Origin: Rhodocyclaceae bacterium
GTDB taxonomy: Bacteria > Pseudomonadota > Gammaproteobacteria > Burkholderiales > CAIKXV01
DNA: 64,000 nucleotides
Assembly (NCBI GenBank): GCA_020248265.1
Contig: JADCHX010000012.1
Span: forward strand, 20,378 to 84,377
Direction: 5' to 3'
A model generated the notes under the pieces. The model was given only the letters and a program-made list of their open reading frames with translations. It was not told where the DNA came from and made no database searches. Of this stretch, positions 42,126 to 51,025 are shown piece after piece; positions within the stretch are counted from its first letter, which is position 1, and each line of letters opens with the position of its first letter. Position numbers and translations under genes: made by a program.

Positions 42126-42332
42126 GATCCCTCCGCGAGCCACGAGGAAGCTGCCAGCCCAGGCGGCGGTTACGCCGCGTCCAAGCCTGACAACGCCAAC
42201 CAGTAGGAAAGCTAAACGAGTTTGATAGCATGAAGTCAACACGCCCGCAAGCGTCCGAGCAGCGTTGATCCAGCCTGCACCGAGCAAACACGCAGGGCGC
42301 ACGATGGCCACTCGCGTAGAATACGGGTGCGG

Positions 42333-42409
42333 GTGCCCGTAGCTCAACCGGATAGAGCACCGGCCTTCTAAGCCGGCGGTTGCGCGTTCGAGTCGCGCCG
42401 GGCACGCCA
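42333..42409 (+). tRNA. tRNA-Arg (anticodon TCT)
   Basis: Hand fold: acceptor GTGCCCG/CGGGCAC, D arm GCTC/GAGC, anticodon arm CCGGC-CTTCTAA-GCCGG, T arm GCGCG-TTCGAGT-CGCGC, discriminator G, encoded CCA. Confidence 0.9.
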
Positions 42410-42499
42410 GCGCCCCATTCGCGCATCGCGAACCCGGTCAGTCACGGGAGTCGCGCAGAACCGGAACGCTCGCTATAATCGCGAAGTTGTCTGGTCAGT

Positions 42500-42576
42500 G
42501 GTGGCTGTAGCTCAGCTGGTAGAGTCCCGGATTGTGATTCCGGTTGTCGTGGGTTCGAGTCCCATCAGCCACCCCA
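42500..42576 (+). tRNA. tRNA-His (anticodon GTG)
   Basis: G(-1) followed by acceptor GTGGCTG/CAGCCAC, anticodon arm CCGGA-TTGTGAT-TCCGG, T arm GTGGG-TTCGAGT-CCCAT and encoded CCA. Confidence 0.9.
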
Positions 42577-42577
42577 C
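42562..42577 (+). repeat. attL-like core (3' end of tRNA-His)
   Basis: CCATCAGCCACCCCAC, identical to 46822-46837. Confidence 0.8.
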
Positions 42578-42799
42578 TTCGCTCCTTTATAATCAAGTGC
42601 TTAAGGCGGTATAGGCGACATTTGGACCAAATTTGGACCAAATTCGCAAATGGACGAGCTCTTGAAGCGGGGTGAATAAGCCCCTGGCAGCGGCGATGGT
42701 GCCGGCAGGGACGGACCGATCGGAGTCCCGCTGTTCAGCATCCGCGCGTCGTGTTCGCGGCGGGCTGGCTGTGCGTTGCGCATCAGCCCTTCAGAGCGC

Positions 42800-43826
42800 C
42801 TATTGGAGCGGCCCATTGATCTGCTGTAGTCTGAGGGCAAGCGCTGCGGCGTGGGCCGAGAAGTCTGCAGGTCTTCGTTCCCTGAATGTCTGCAGGTTGG
42901 CGAGCTTCCAGCGCAGGGCAGGCAACTGCGACGCGTGCGGACACTGCACCAGCGCCCACTCGGGCTCGGTCCGTACGAGACCGCCCAGGAACCGTCCGTG
43001 CTGCGCCGTGAGGCGACGAGACAGGTCGTGTCAGATATGCTGTCGTGCGACGAGTAGCGTGTCCAGCGAGCACGGCAACTGCGTCATGCCGGCGAACGCA
43101 CGCTGTTAGTCTTGGACGATGTTCTTGTCGCGTCCGAACAGGACCTCGTGCGGCGGACGGTTGTGACCGGCCAGGTAGAGCACGAAGCACTCGACCATGA
43201 CCGTCGGTCAGACCTCCCGATTCGTAGAGCTGCCACACGTCAAACAGATCGCGTGGGTGCTGTCGATCGAGGGCTGCCACGAGCTTTCCGGCATACAACT
43301 CGTCGCGAGCGAGGGTCGGCACCTCGAACTCGAAGCCGAACAGGTCGCGGCTCTTTGGGTTCAGCGGCTTGCGTTCGACCAGGAGCAGCATGCCGCGGAA
43401 GACGACGCTCACCTCGATCTTGACCTGGCTCGTGTCGTTCTCGACGAGTAGGCGTGTGTCCTCGTCGCTATTCTTGCGAGCGCGTCGCGTCGGCAGGTCG
43501 AGGGGCGACGACGCGCCCTGAAATCGAGGCCAGTTCTGCCTCGATTGCCTCGAGCGCGTCCTCGCGCGGCGACTGCCACGGTCGGTACACCACGTCGATG
43601 TCGACCGACAGGCGCGGCATGTCCTGCATGAAGAGGTTGATGGCTGTACCCCCTTCATGGCGAAGAGATCGCCGGCGTGACTTCGGACTCGGCCGCCGGA
43701 GCACGGATCCGGGTCGGTCCTGCCGGCACGACGCCGGGGACGGTTGTGCCCAGGCCTGCCGGCCCGGGGAGGGGAGCCGCGGCGACCGACCTTGTTGGCC
43801 GCAGACACGATCCGTCGGGCGGACAT
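42800..43826 (-). pseudogene. Nucleotidyltransferase AbiEii/AbiGii toxin family pseudogene
   Basis: Family strings are split over three frames. These are (MK)GGTAINLFMQDMPRLSVDIDVVY, LLVENDTSQVKIEVSVVFRG...ELYAGKLVAALDRQHPRDLFDVWQL, MVECFVLYLAGHNRPPHEVLF, and RLTAQHGRFLGGLVRTEPEWALVQCPHASQLPALRWKLANL. There are at least two frameshifts, one in the C5 run at 43649-43653, plus in-frame stops. Confidence 0.75.
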
Positions 43827-43929
43827 CGAGCGCCGAGCTACATGTCGCCGATCGGCCTATTCCGGCGACTGCAGAGTGGGCACGTGCGGGTCCGACTGCA
43901 GCTGGCATGTGCCAGGCCAGTTACCGGGA

Positions 43930-44160
43930 CTAGAGCGCACCGGGTGCACTGTCGGACTGAACTTGGGCGATTGAAGCCTCCAGCCGCTCCATCTCGTGGC
44001 CATTGTGTTCTCCGTCCAGCGACTTGGCATAGGTGCGACAAGACATCTCGGCAGAGTGTCCGAGTTGTCGGACGCAGAACGCCGGGCTTATCCCCGCCAT
44101 CGGCATCACCGTGGCATCGATATGGCGCAGATGTGTTCCGGGCGCGCACCACAGGCTGCT
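43930..44160 (-). pseudogene. Tyrosine recombinase (integrase) C-terminal fragment
   Basis: The 77 codons ...GTHLRHIDATVMPMAGISPAFCVRQLGHSAEMSCRTYAKSLDG... carry the HxLRH, GH and Y catalytic-domain motifs. There is no N-terminal part. The fragment starts immediately after the stop of the neighbouring gene. Confidence 0.65.
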
Positions 44161-45303
44161 TCAGGCGGTGGTGAGGTGCGCGTCCACGCCACGCCGGGGT
44201 GACGGTCCGACCGCTGGCCCGTAGCCGACCCGCGCCCACATCTGTACCGTCTCGCCTGGCGCTCCGACCAGCCGGTGGATGGCCGCGTACGGCAGAGCCT
44301 GTTCCGGGTACTCCTGCAAGGCCTGCTGCATGGGGTGCATCGCCACACCGTGCGCCGTGGCCGCCAGTTGTACCCGCACCCAGGCACGGCCGGCGGCCAG
44401 TTGCGTCAGGCGCGTGTTGTCGCGGCTGGTCATCCAGTGGAATGACGGCGTCGAGGCCAACGCCCGCTCGAAGTCGCGGATCTGTCCGCGAATCTCGCGG
44501 CTGTCAGGGGCCGACGGCTTCGTCCGGTCGAACAGGCCGGCGGCGGTCAGCGCGCGCACCATCGGGTCGTTCAGGGACAGGCCGTCGCGGTGCCGCTTGA
44601 TCTCCTCCGGACCGATACGCAGCCACCGGTAGGTCTCCAGCAGCACACGCGGCGTGGTCAGCTCGATGCGCCAGGCGTCGGCGGCAATCCGGCGGTGTGC
44701 GTCGGCCCTGCCGGCATCGCTGAATCCTACCGTGACGGGCAGGCCGGCTGCCGCTGCCCGCATCGCCGTGAGTGCCTCAGCCGATGGGGCGCGCCCATCG
44801 TAGGCCGCGCGGTTGGTGCGACGGGCGAACACCTGGCGAAATAGCGGATCGGGCTCCAGCGAGGCGTCGGGCACCAGGCGCACCCGGGCTGTCGGCCGGT
44901 GGTCGGGGCGGCGATCTTCGAACGGCCCGTCGGGGAAGGGCACGATCTCGGCGCGCAGGCCACGTTCCCGGGCCGCGAGGTCCAGCAACTCCAGGAAGGT
45001 GCCCTGGCTCATTACCATCTGGCGCGAGCGAGGGTCGGTATCGGGCAGCAGGCGCTGCAGGTCCAGGCGAAGCACCACCGTGTCAGGCTCGCGCAGGTCG
45101 ACCAGCCACGACTGCAGATTGTGCGAATGTGGCGCGAGGATCGCGTGGGCCAGGATCCATCGCCGCGGATCCGCTTCGGCGCCTGGGCCCCGCCAGGCGG
45201 CCACTGCTGCATCCGGCAGGGTGGTGTCACAGCCGACCAGTGTCGGCACGGCTGCGGCGATGAAGCCGCCGCCTGCCAGCCGCAATACGTCGCGTCGATG
45301 CAT
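44161..45303 (-). CDS. Tat-signal nitroreductase-fold protein (Acg-like FMN-binding oxidoreductase family)
   Basis: MHRRDVLRLAGGGFIAAAV twin-arginine signal, followed by a nitroreductase-like two-lobed sequence (HSHNLQSW..., RRTNRAAYD...). Confidence 0.65.
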   Translation of the reverse strand: MHRRDVLRLAGGGFIAAAVPTLVGCDTTLPDAAVAAWRGPGAEADPRRWILAHAILAPHSHNLQSWLVDLREPDTVVLRLDLQRLLPDTDPRSRQMVMSQGTFLELLDLAARERGLRAEIVPFPDGPFEDRRPDHRPTARVRLVPDASLEPDPLFRQVFARRTNRAAYDGRAPSAEALTAMRAAAAGLPVTVGFSDAGRADAHRRIAADAWRIELTTPRVLLETYRWLRIGPEEIKRHRDGLSLNDPMVRALTAAGLFDRTKPSAPDSREIRGQIRDFERALASTPSFHWMTSRDNTRLTQLAAGRAWVRVQLAATAHGVAMHPMQQALQEYPEQALPYAAIHRLVGAPGETVQMWARVGYGPAVGPSPRRGVDAHLTTA

Positions 45304-45394
45304 GGTGATCTCCATTGATCTGGACGTTGACTCGGATTGTCGGGGCGGACAGCTGCTGAGAGAATGCACGAACGAGGATACCGATCATTCGAAA

Positions 45395-45512
45395 ATGAAT
45401 GAACATGAATTCGACTGGAGCCTCGCCCGATCCTTTCTCGCAGCCCTGGACAACGGCAGCCTGATGGCTTCCGCCTGGGCGATGGGCACAAGCCAGCCGA
45501 CTCTCGGCCATA
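45395..45512 (+). pseudogene. LysR-family regulator N-terminal (HTH) fragment
   Basis: FDWSLARSFLAALDNGSLMASAWAMGTSQPTLG is a LysR-type wHTH. The reading frame loses all homology after ~45510, where it abuts the truncated coupling-protein gene. Confidence 0.6.
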
Positions 45513-46439
45513 CAGCCGGTCAAGTTGGGCCGTGCTCTGCAAGCCCGCCACCACGCACAAGCCGTGTTTGCGGCCTAGGGTCAGCCCGGCCTCCAGGCCA
45601 TTCAACTTGCCGAGCGCGGCCAACTCGTCCAGCACCAACCACACGCGCCGCGTGGGGTCGAGCGGCAGCATGAGCACGGCATTGGTCACGATGTCAGCCC
45701 AGCTCGCCAGCAGCGGCGCGAGCGCGGCTTGCATGTCCGCGCGCCAGGTCAGGAAGAAGCTCCCATCCTCGCGCTCCAGCCAGTCGCGCAGGCTGAAGCC
45801 GCCGGCCTTGATGAATCGGTGCGGCGACAGGTGCGCGGTCAGAACGAACCTCATGCTGGCAAGCGCCTTGTCAGCCCCTTCATCAAGCAGCCCCGCCGCT
45901 GCCGTGCCCGCCAGCAGCGCGCCCAGTTCGCGGGCCGATGCGCTGGTGCACCAGTGCAGCAGGCGCTCGGTCGTAATCTCGCCGCTGCGCACCAGCGCTC
46001 GCAGCACTTCCGCGAGCAGAACCTGCGCATAGTGATGCCAGGGCGCCGACTCGCCATGCCCAGCCGGGACGATGCTGGCGGCCAGGCGGTCGGCATCGAA
46101 ATCCGCGCGCATCTCATTGAAGACGGTCCACCCTTCGCTGCGGGCGTCGAACGGGTTCAAACGCCGGTCGCCGTCCCGCGCAAAGTGGCGCAGGTACCCG
46201 CCATTCGGGTCGCAAACGATGGCGCGTTCATCGCGTGCTCGAACGCCGTCAAGTAGTTTTTCGATGAGCGTCGATTTGCCGGCGCCTGTAGTGCCGGCCG
46301 TCAGCAGGTGCAGGGTTTCCAGCTCGGCGGGCCAGGGCTGGCCGCCGAGGGGCGGGAGCCGATGTCCGCCGGACATGGGCTCGGGGTTGCGCCCTGGTGC
46401 TAGCCACGAGAAGAAGCGCTCCCAGGCCGCTTGCCTCAT
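45512..46439 (-). pseudogene. Type IV secretion coupling protein (TraD/VirD4/TraG-like ATPase), 3'-truncated
   Basis: Walker A LLTAGTTGAGKST, followed by RVWLVLDELAALGKL (Walker B-like) and GLCVVAGLQSTAQLDRLYG. Homology ends at ~45512, so the C-terminal third is missing. Confidence 0.7.
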
Positions 46440-46771
46440 CGGTCGTTCTCCCACCGGGCGCCGCGCAGGCGCATCACATCGAGTTCTGCCCGGCGCTGCC
46501 AGCGACCGAACGGCCAACCGCCCGCCACGGAAGCGCCCATGACGCCGACTAGGGCGCACAGCACAAGCAACGTCAGCGCCGTGCGGTCGGTCTCCCGCCC
46601 GAGCAGGGCGAGGCCGAGCACACGCCAGCCGTCCAGGGCGGGCAAGCCCAGGCCGCGCTCCCAGGCTGCGGTCCATGTCACGGCGGACAGCACCACGGCG
46701 AGCACCGTCCAGACCGTCGCGCGGTCAACTGCGCCGAGCAGATGGCGCAGGAATGCGTCGTGCGCCTTCAT
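46436..46771 (-). CDS. Small two-TM membrane protein (possibly the detached N-terminal membrane domain of the coupling protein)
   Basis: 111 aa with TM helices TVWTVLAVVLSAVTWTAAW and ALTLLVLCALVGVMGASVAGGW. ATGA overlap with the ATPase part. Confidence 0.5.
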   Translation of the reverse strand: MKAHDAFLRHLLGAVDRATVWTVLAVVLSAVTWTAAWERGLGLPALDGWRVLGLALLGRETDRTALTLLVLCALVGVMGASVAGGWPFGRWQRRAELDVMRLRGARWENDR

Positions 46772-46821
46772 GCCGCGCCTCCGCGCTGCTGACACACCTG
46801 TTACACGGTAAGCTTGTGGCG

Positions 46822-46837
46822 CCATCAGCCACCCCAC
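46822..46837 (+). repeat. attR-like core (copy of tRNA-His 3' end)
   Basis: CCATCAGCCACCCCAC. Weaker colinear similarity continues ~80 bp further, for example AATTCGCAA at offset +79 in both copies. Confidence 0.8.
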
Positions 46838-47053
46838 CTGCGCCTTTCTGATCAAAAGGCGTGAAAGCGGACTTGCGACGCTCTGGGTCCGATCCTGGTC
46901 AATTCGCAAGCGGATGCGGTCCGGAATCGAGGGCCAGAAGTCCTTGCTGGCGGTGTTCATGCCCGCCACATCGAGCCTCGGGCAGGGTGTCACTTTCAGC
47001 ACCGCCGTTTTTCGATATCCTCCGGCCTGGTTTGAAAAGAGACGAGGAGCCCG

Positions 47054-48025
47054 ATGGCCACGCTGCTGAAGGAAGTCCATGTGCGCGAACTGCTGACCAT
47101 GGCGGATGCGCTGCCGGCGGTGGAGCAGTCGTTCCGCGATGTCTCGACCGGCGATGCGGTGAACGTGGCTCGGCACCGCGGTGCCCTGAAGGGCGTGACC
47201 GTGAACGCGATGGGTGCGATCTCGAATGCACTCGACCTGATGGCGATGAAGGTGTACCCGATCGTGCGCCAGGACATCACTGTCGGCTCTAGTTTCCAGG
47301 TGCTGTGCTGGCGGATATCGACCGGTGCGCTGGTCGGGGTGCTCGAGGCGGAACTGCTGGCGCAGATCCGTACCGGTGCGGCCAGCGGCGTGGCGACCCG
47401 CTTCATGGCGCGTCCCGACAGCCGTGTGATGACGCTGTTCGGCGCCGGATGGCAGGCCCGCGCCCAGCTGGAGGCAGTGTGTCGGGTGCTGCCGTCGCTC
47501 GAGCGGGTGAACGTGATCGGGCGCTCTCCGGAACGGGTGGCGTCGTTCATCTCCGACATGGCTGCAGTCCTTGGCGTTGGCGCTCCCGGGCTAGTCGTGG
47601 CTGCGGACATCGAAGCGGCTGTTCGCGAAGCGGACGTGGTCACCACCATCACCGGGTCGAAGGTGCCGTTGTTCGACGGGACATGGCTTTCGCCCGGCGT
47701 ACATGTGAATGCCGCAGGCTCGAACTTCGCCGAGAAGCGCGAACTCGATGCGCTGGCCGTGCAGCGGGCTGACCGCATCGTTGCCGACGATGTGGAGGTC
47801 GCGCGGATCGAGAGCGGCGACCTGATCGCCACCCCCGGCCTCGACTGGGGACGTGTGATGTCGTTGTCGGACGTGGTTGGTGGACGCCAGCCGGGCCGCA
47901 GTTCGGCCGAAGAAATCACCTTGTTCGAATCGCAGGGCCTCGGGCTGGAGGATCTCGCGGTTGCCGCGGTGCTGCTTGACCAGGCCGCGAAGCGCGGCAT
48001 TGGCATCGAGATCCCGCTGCAGTGA
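47054..48025 (+). CDS. Ornithine cyclodeaminase/mu-crystallin family protein
   Basis: 323 aa with the OCD-family layout (LRTGAASGVATRFMAR, FGAGWQA Rossmann motif). Confidence 0.8.
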   Translation: MATLLKEVHVRELLTMADALPAVEQSFRDVSTGDAVNVARHRGALKGVTVNAMGAISNALDLMAMKVYPIVRQDITVGSSFQVLCWRISTGALVGVLEAELLAQIRTGAASGVATRFMARPDSRVMTLFGAGWQARAQLEAVCRVLPSLERVNVIGRSPERVASFISDMAAVLGVGAPGLVVAADIEAAVREADVVTTITGSKVPLFDGTWLSPGVHVNAAGSNFAEKRELDALAVQRADRIVADDVEVARIESGDLIATPGLDWGRVMSLSDVVGGRQPGRSSAEEITLFESQGLGLEDLAVAAVLLDQAAKRGIGIEIPLQ

Positions 48026-48113
48026 GCTGAGCCGCCGCCAGCCGGTGGCGCTACACTGGGAGCCGCGCGAGCGCATCACCCGACCGCCCCAACCTGATCC
48101 GGAACCACTGACC

Positions 48114-49124
48114 ATGTCCTGTACGCACTCGATCGGTTTTCCCGCTGCGATCCTGAACGGGCTGTTGCGCCTCGGGCTTCCGGTCGCGCTGTGTACGGGT
48201 GCTGGAAATGCATTGGCGGCCGAGGCTGCACGGTTCCCCATGCAGCCGATGCGGATGCTCGTCGGCTTCGCGCCCGGCAGCCTTACCGATATTCTCGCGC
48301 GCACCGTGGGCCAGAAGATGACCGACACCTGGGGGCAGCAGGTGGTGGTCGACAACCGCCCGAGCGGCGGCGGCGTTGTGGCGTCGCAGACCATGATCAA
48401 CGCCAACCCTGACGGCCATACGATGCTGATGGTGTCGGCGCAGCATGCGATCAGCGCCACGCTGTTCCCGAAGCTGCCGTACGACACGGTACGCGACTTC
48501 GCGGGCATCTCGCAGGTTGTCACGGGCGCGCATGTGCTCGCGGCGAGCCGTGAACTCGGGGTGAAGTCGGTAAAGGAGCTGATCGCCGCGGCGAAGGCAA
48601 AGCCTGGACAGATCAGCTACGGTTCCGCCGGCGTTGGCAGTGGCGCGCACATCAACGGCGAGATGTTCAACCTCGAGGCCGGCATCAACGCGCCGTACAT
48701 TCCCTACAAGGGACCGCTGGAGGCGATGAACGACGTGATGAGCGGGCGCATCGGCTTCACCTGGCTGTCGCTGGGCGTGGCTGCGCCGTTCATCCGCGAC
48801 GGCCGGGTGGTGGCGCTGGGCGTCAGCACGCCGAAGCGCTCGCCGATGTTCCCGAACCTGCCGACGGTGGGCGAGGGGCTGCCGGGGCACGAGTTCGACC
48901 AGTGGTTCGGATTGCTCGGCAATGCGAAGGCGCCGCGCGCGGTCATCAACCAGGTCTCGAAGGAAGTGGCGCGTATCGTACAGCTGCCCGACGTACGCGA
49001 GCGGCTGCAGAACCTGGGCACCGACCCGAAAGCGAGCACCCCGGAGGAGTTCGACCGCTTCATCCGGTCGCAGATCGAGCGCCTGGGCAAGGTGATCAAG
49101 GCCGCCGGCATCAAGAGCGAGTAG
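48114..49124 (+). CDS. Bug/TctC family substrate-binding protein
   Basis: FPMQPMRMLVGFAPGSLTDILAR, NRPSGGG, YGSAGVGSGAHI and IPYKGPLEA. The start is trimmed to ATG 48114. Confidence 0.8.
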   Translation: MSCTHSIGFPAAILNGLLRLGLPVALCTGAGNALAAEAARFPMQPMRMLVGFAPGSLTDILARTVGQKMTDTWGQQVVVDNRPSGGGVVASQTMINANPDGHTMLMVSAQHAISATLFPKLPYDTVRDFAGISQVVTGAHVLAASRELGVKSVKELIAAAKAKPGQISYGSAGVGSGAHINGEMFNLEAGINAPYIPYKGPLEAMNDVMSGRIGFTWLSLGVAAPFIRDGRVVALGVSTPKRSPMFPNLPTVGEGLPGHEFDQWFGLLGNAKAPRAVINQVSKEVARIVQLPDVRERLQNLGTDPKASTPEEFDRFIRSQIERLGKVIKAAGIKSE

Positions 49125-49160
49125 GGCTCGGCAGACAACAACGACAAGGGGACAGATGCG

Positions 49161-50603
49161 ATGCTCGACCTGGTGATCAGGGGACGGAGAGTCGTCACGC
49201 CGATGGGTGCCGGTGCATTCGACGTGGCGATCCAGGGCGAGCAGATCGTCGCCGTGGCCAGCGCGGGAACGTACGACGCCGCCAGCACCCGCCGGCTGAT
49301 CGACGCCGGCGAGCGCATCGTGATGCCCGGTGGCGTCGATCCGCACGTGCATTGTCTGTGGCATGTGCCTAACCCGGACGGCACGGCCGGATTCTCCGAT
49401 CCACCGGAGACCGTGAGTCGGGCCGCGCTGCATGGCGGAACCACCACGCTCATCGATTTCGTGCGCTGGACCCACGGCAATACCCTGCCTCAGGCGATCG
49501 CGCGGCGCGACCAGGACTGGATCGGCAAGTGCTACTGCGACTACAGCTACCACCTGATGGTCGAAGGCCAACTGCCGCCCGAACTGTTCGGCCAGATCGC
49601 CGAGGCGATCCGCGCCGGCTACCCGACGATCAAGATCTTCACCACCGACATCACCCCCAGTCGCAAGGGGCGCATGGTCGACTTCGGTGACATCTGGGAG
49701 GTGTTCCAGGTCGTAGCGAAGGAAGGCGGCATGTGCGTGATGCACGGCGAGGACAACGACATCGTCATGCACATGTACGAGAAGCTGATCAGGGAAGGCC
49801 GTACCCACTTCCGCTACCTGCCGGAGGTGCACAACACGTTGTCCGAGGACTTGTCCTTCCGGCGCGTGATCCGGCTCGCGGAGAGCGTGCCGGGCAAGGC
49901 CGCGATCTACTTCATGCACGTGAGTGCGGCCACGGGTGTCGAGGCGATCCGCGAGGCTCGCGCCAAGGGCAGCCCGGTGTACGGCGAGACCCTTCACCAG
50001 TACATGATGTTCAACGCCGACGACTACCTGCGTCCGAACGGCCAGATGTACCACACCTATCCGTCGCTGAAGTCGCAGGCCGACCAGCAGGCACTCTGGA
50101 AGGGCGCAGCCGACGGCTCGCTGCAGACCGTGGCCACCGACGAGCTCTGCTGTTCGCTGGCGACCAAGGTTCAGGGCAGCCGGTTCGACGACACCACCGG
50201 CGGAAACTCCGGCGTCGAACCCCGCCTGGCGGTGATGTACACCGAGATGGTCGGCAAGCGCGGCTGGTCGCTGGAGAAGTTCGTCGACCTCACATCGACC
50301 AATGCCGCGAAGCTGATGGGCCTGTATCCGCGCAAGGGGGCGCTGGCGCCCGGCAGCGATGCGGACATCGCCGTGCTCGACCCCGCGCTGCGCCGCACGG
50401 TACGCGCCGAGTTCCTGCACGAATCGGACTACACACCATGGGAAGGGCACGAAGTCCATGCCTGGCCGGTGCTGACCGTCGCGCGCGGCAAGGTGGTCGT
50501 CGAGGAGGGTCGGTTCACAGCGGAACTCGGCGATGGTCGGTTCCTCGCGCGCAGGCTTGATCCGTCCCTGCTGGCCGGAGCCGGCCTGCACGGCACGCGC
50601 TGA
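49161..50603 (+). CDS. Dihydropyrimidinase/D-hydantoinase-type cyclic amidohydrolase
   Basis: MPGGVDPHVH (HxH), a KIF...T carboxylated-lysine region (TIKIFTT), MHGED, YFMHVS and ATDEL(C)C, all typical of hydantoinases. Confidence 0.8.
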   Translation: MLDLVIRGRRVVTPMGAGAFDVAIQGEQIVAVASAGTYDAASTRRLIDAGERIVMPGGVDPHVHCLWHVPNPDGTAGFSDPPETVSRAALHGGTTTLIDFVRWTHGNTLPQAIARRDQDWIGKCYCDYSYHLMVEGQLPPELFGQIAEAIRAGYPTIKIFTTDITPSRKGRMVDFGDIWEVFQVVAKEGGMCVMHGEDNDIVMHMYEKLIREGRTHFRYLPEVHNTLSEDLSFRRVIRLAESVPGKAAIYFMHVSAATGVEAIREARAKGSPVYGETLHQYMMFNADDYLRPNGQMYHTYPSLKSQADQQALWKGAADGSLQTVATDELCCSLATKVQGSRFDDTTGGNSGVEPRLAVMYTEMVGKRGWSLEKFVDLTSTNAAKLMGLYPRKGALAPGSDADIAVLDPALRRTVRAEFLHESDYTPWEGHEVHAWPVLTVARGKVVVEEGRFTAELGDGRFLARRLDPSLLAGAGLHGTR

Positions 50604-50626
50604 CACAGCGGCGCGCGTCCGGCACC

Positions 50627-51025
50627 ATGACGACGGGACAGCTCGAGGCGCTGCTGCGTGCCAGCATCGAACTCTGGCAGGTCGAAGCTGTGCTGCAGTC
50701 GACGCCGGAGGGGGGCGGCCCGCCCGCGCAAGATTCGGGTGCATCGCTGCGGGCCCGGCTGTCGCTTCCGGACGGCACTTCGATCGTGGTGGCCGAGGCG
50801 GCTCCGCACGAGGAACCGTTCCGATGGTGGTTGCTGTGGCACGCGCCCGGGGCGTGCGTCGACCTGCCCGTGACGAGGCGCAAACCGTGCGCGTCGACGC
50901 TCGGGCTGCTGCGCAGCCTGCGCGAAGCACTTGGCGTACCGCCTGCTGCCAAGGTGCGCGTAGGCACGGGTGCACGTATCGGTGGCGAGATCGACATGAG
51001 TGACGGGTCGGGAGCGTTGCAGTGA
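50627..51025 (+). CDS. Hypothetical protein (translationally coupled to the COG0523 GTPase)
   Basis: 132-aa ORF with no recognisable motifs. There is a 4-nt overlap with the downstream GTPase gene. Codon usage is consistent with coding. Confidence 0.45.
   Translation: MTTGQLEALLRASIELWQVEAVLQSTPEGGGPPAQDSGASLRARLSLPDGTSIVVAEAAPHEEPFRWWLLWHAPGACVDLPVTRRKPCASTLGLLRSLREALGVPPAAKVRVGTGARIGGEIDMSDGSGALQ

Larger units (their letters stand above)
42562..46837. mobile_element. Decayed genomic island/ICE remnant integrated at tRNA-His
   Basis: It is bounded by the perfect 16-bp direct repeat CCATCAGCCACCCCAC (42562-42577, the tRNA-His 3' end, and 46822-46837). The interior holds only mobile-element debris (AbiEii pseudogene, integrase stub, truncated coupling protein) and two apparently captured genes. 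Confidence 0.75.

Noticed and set aside
42317-42479. -10-like hexamers TAGAAT (42317) and TATAAT (42474) upstream of tRNA-Arg and tRNA-His
   Set aside because: Their positions are reasonable, but no convincing -35 elements sit at 16-19 nt spacing. They are not reported as promoters.
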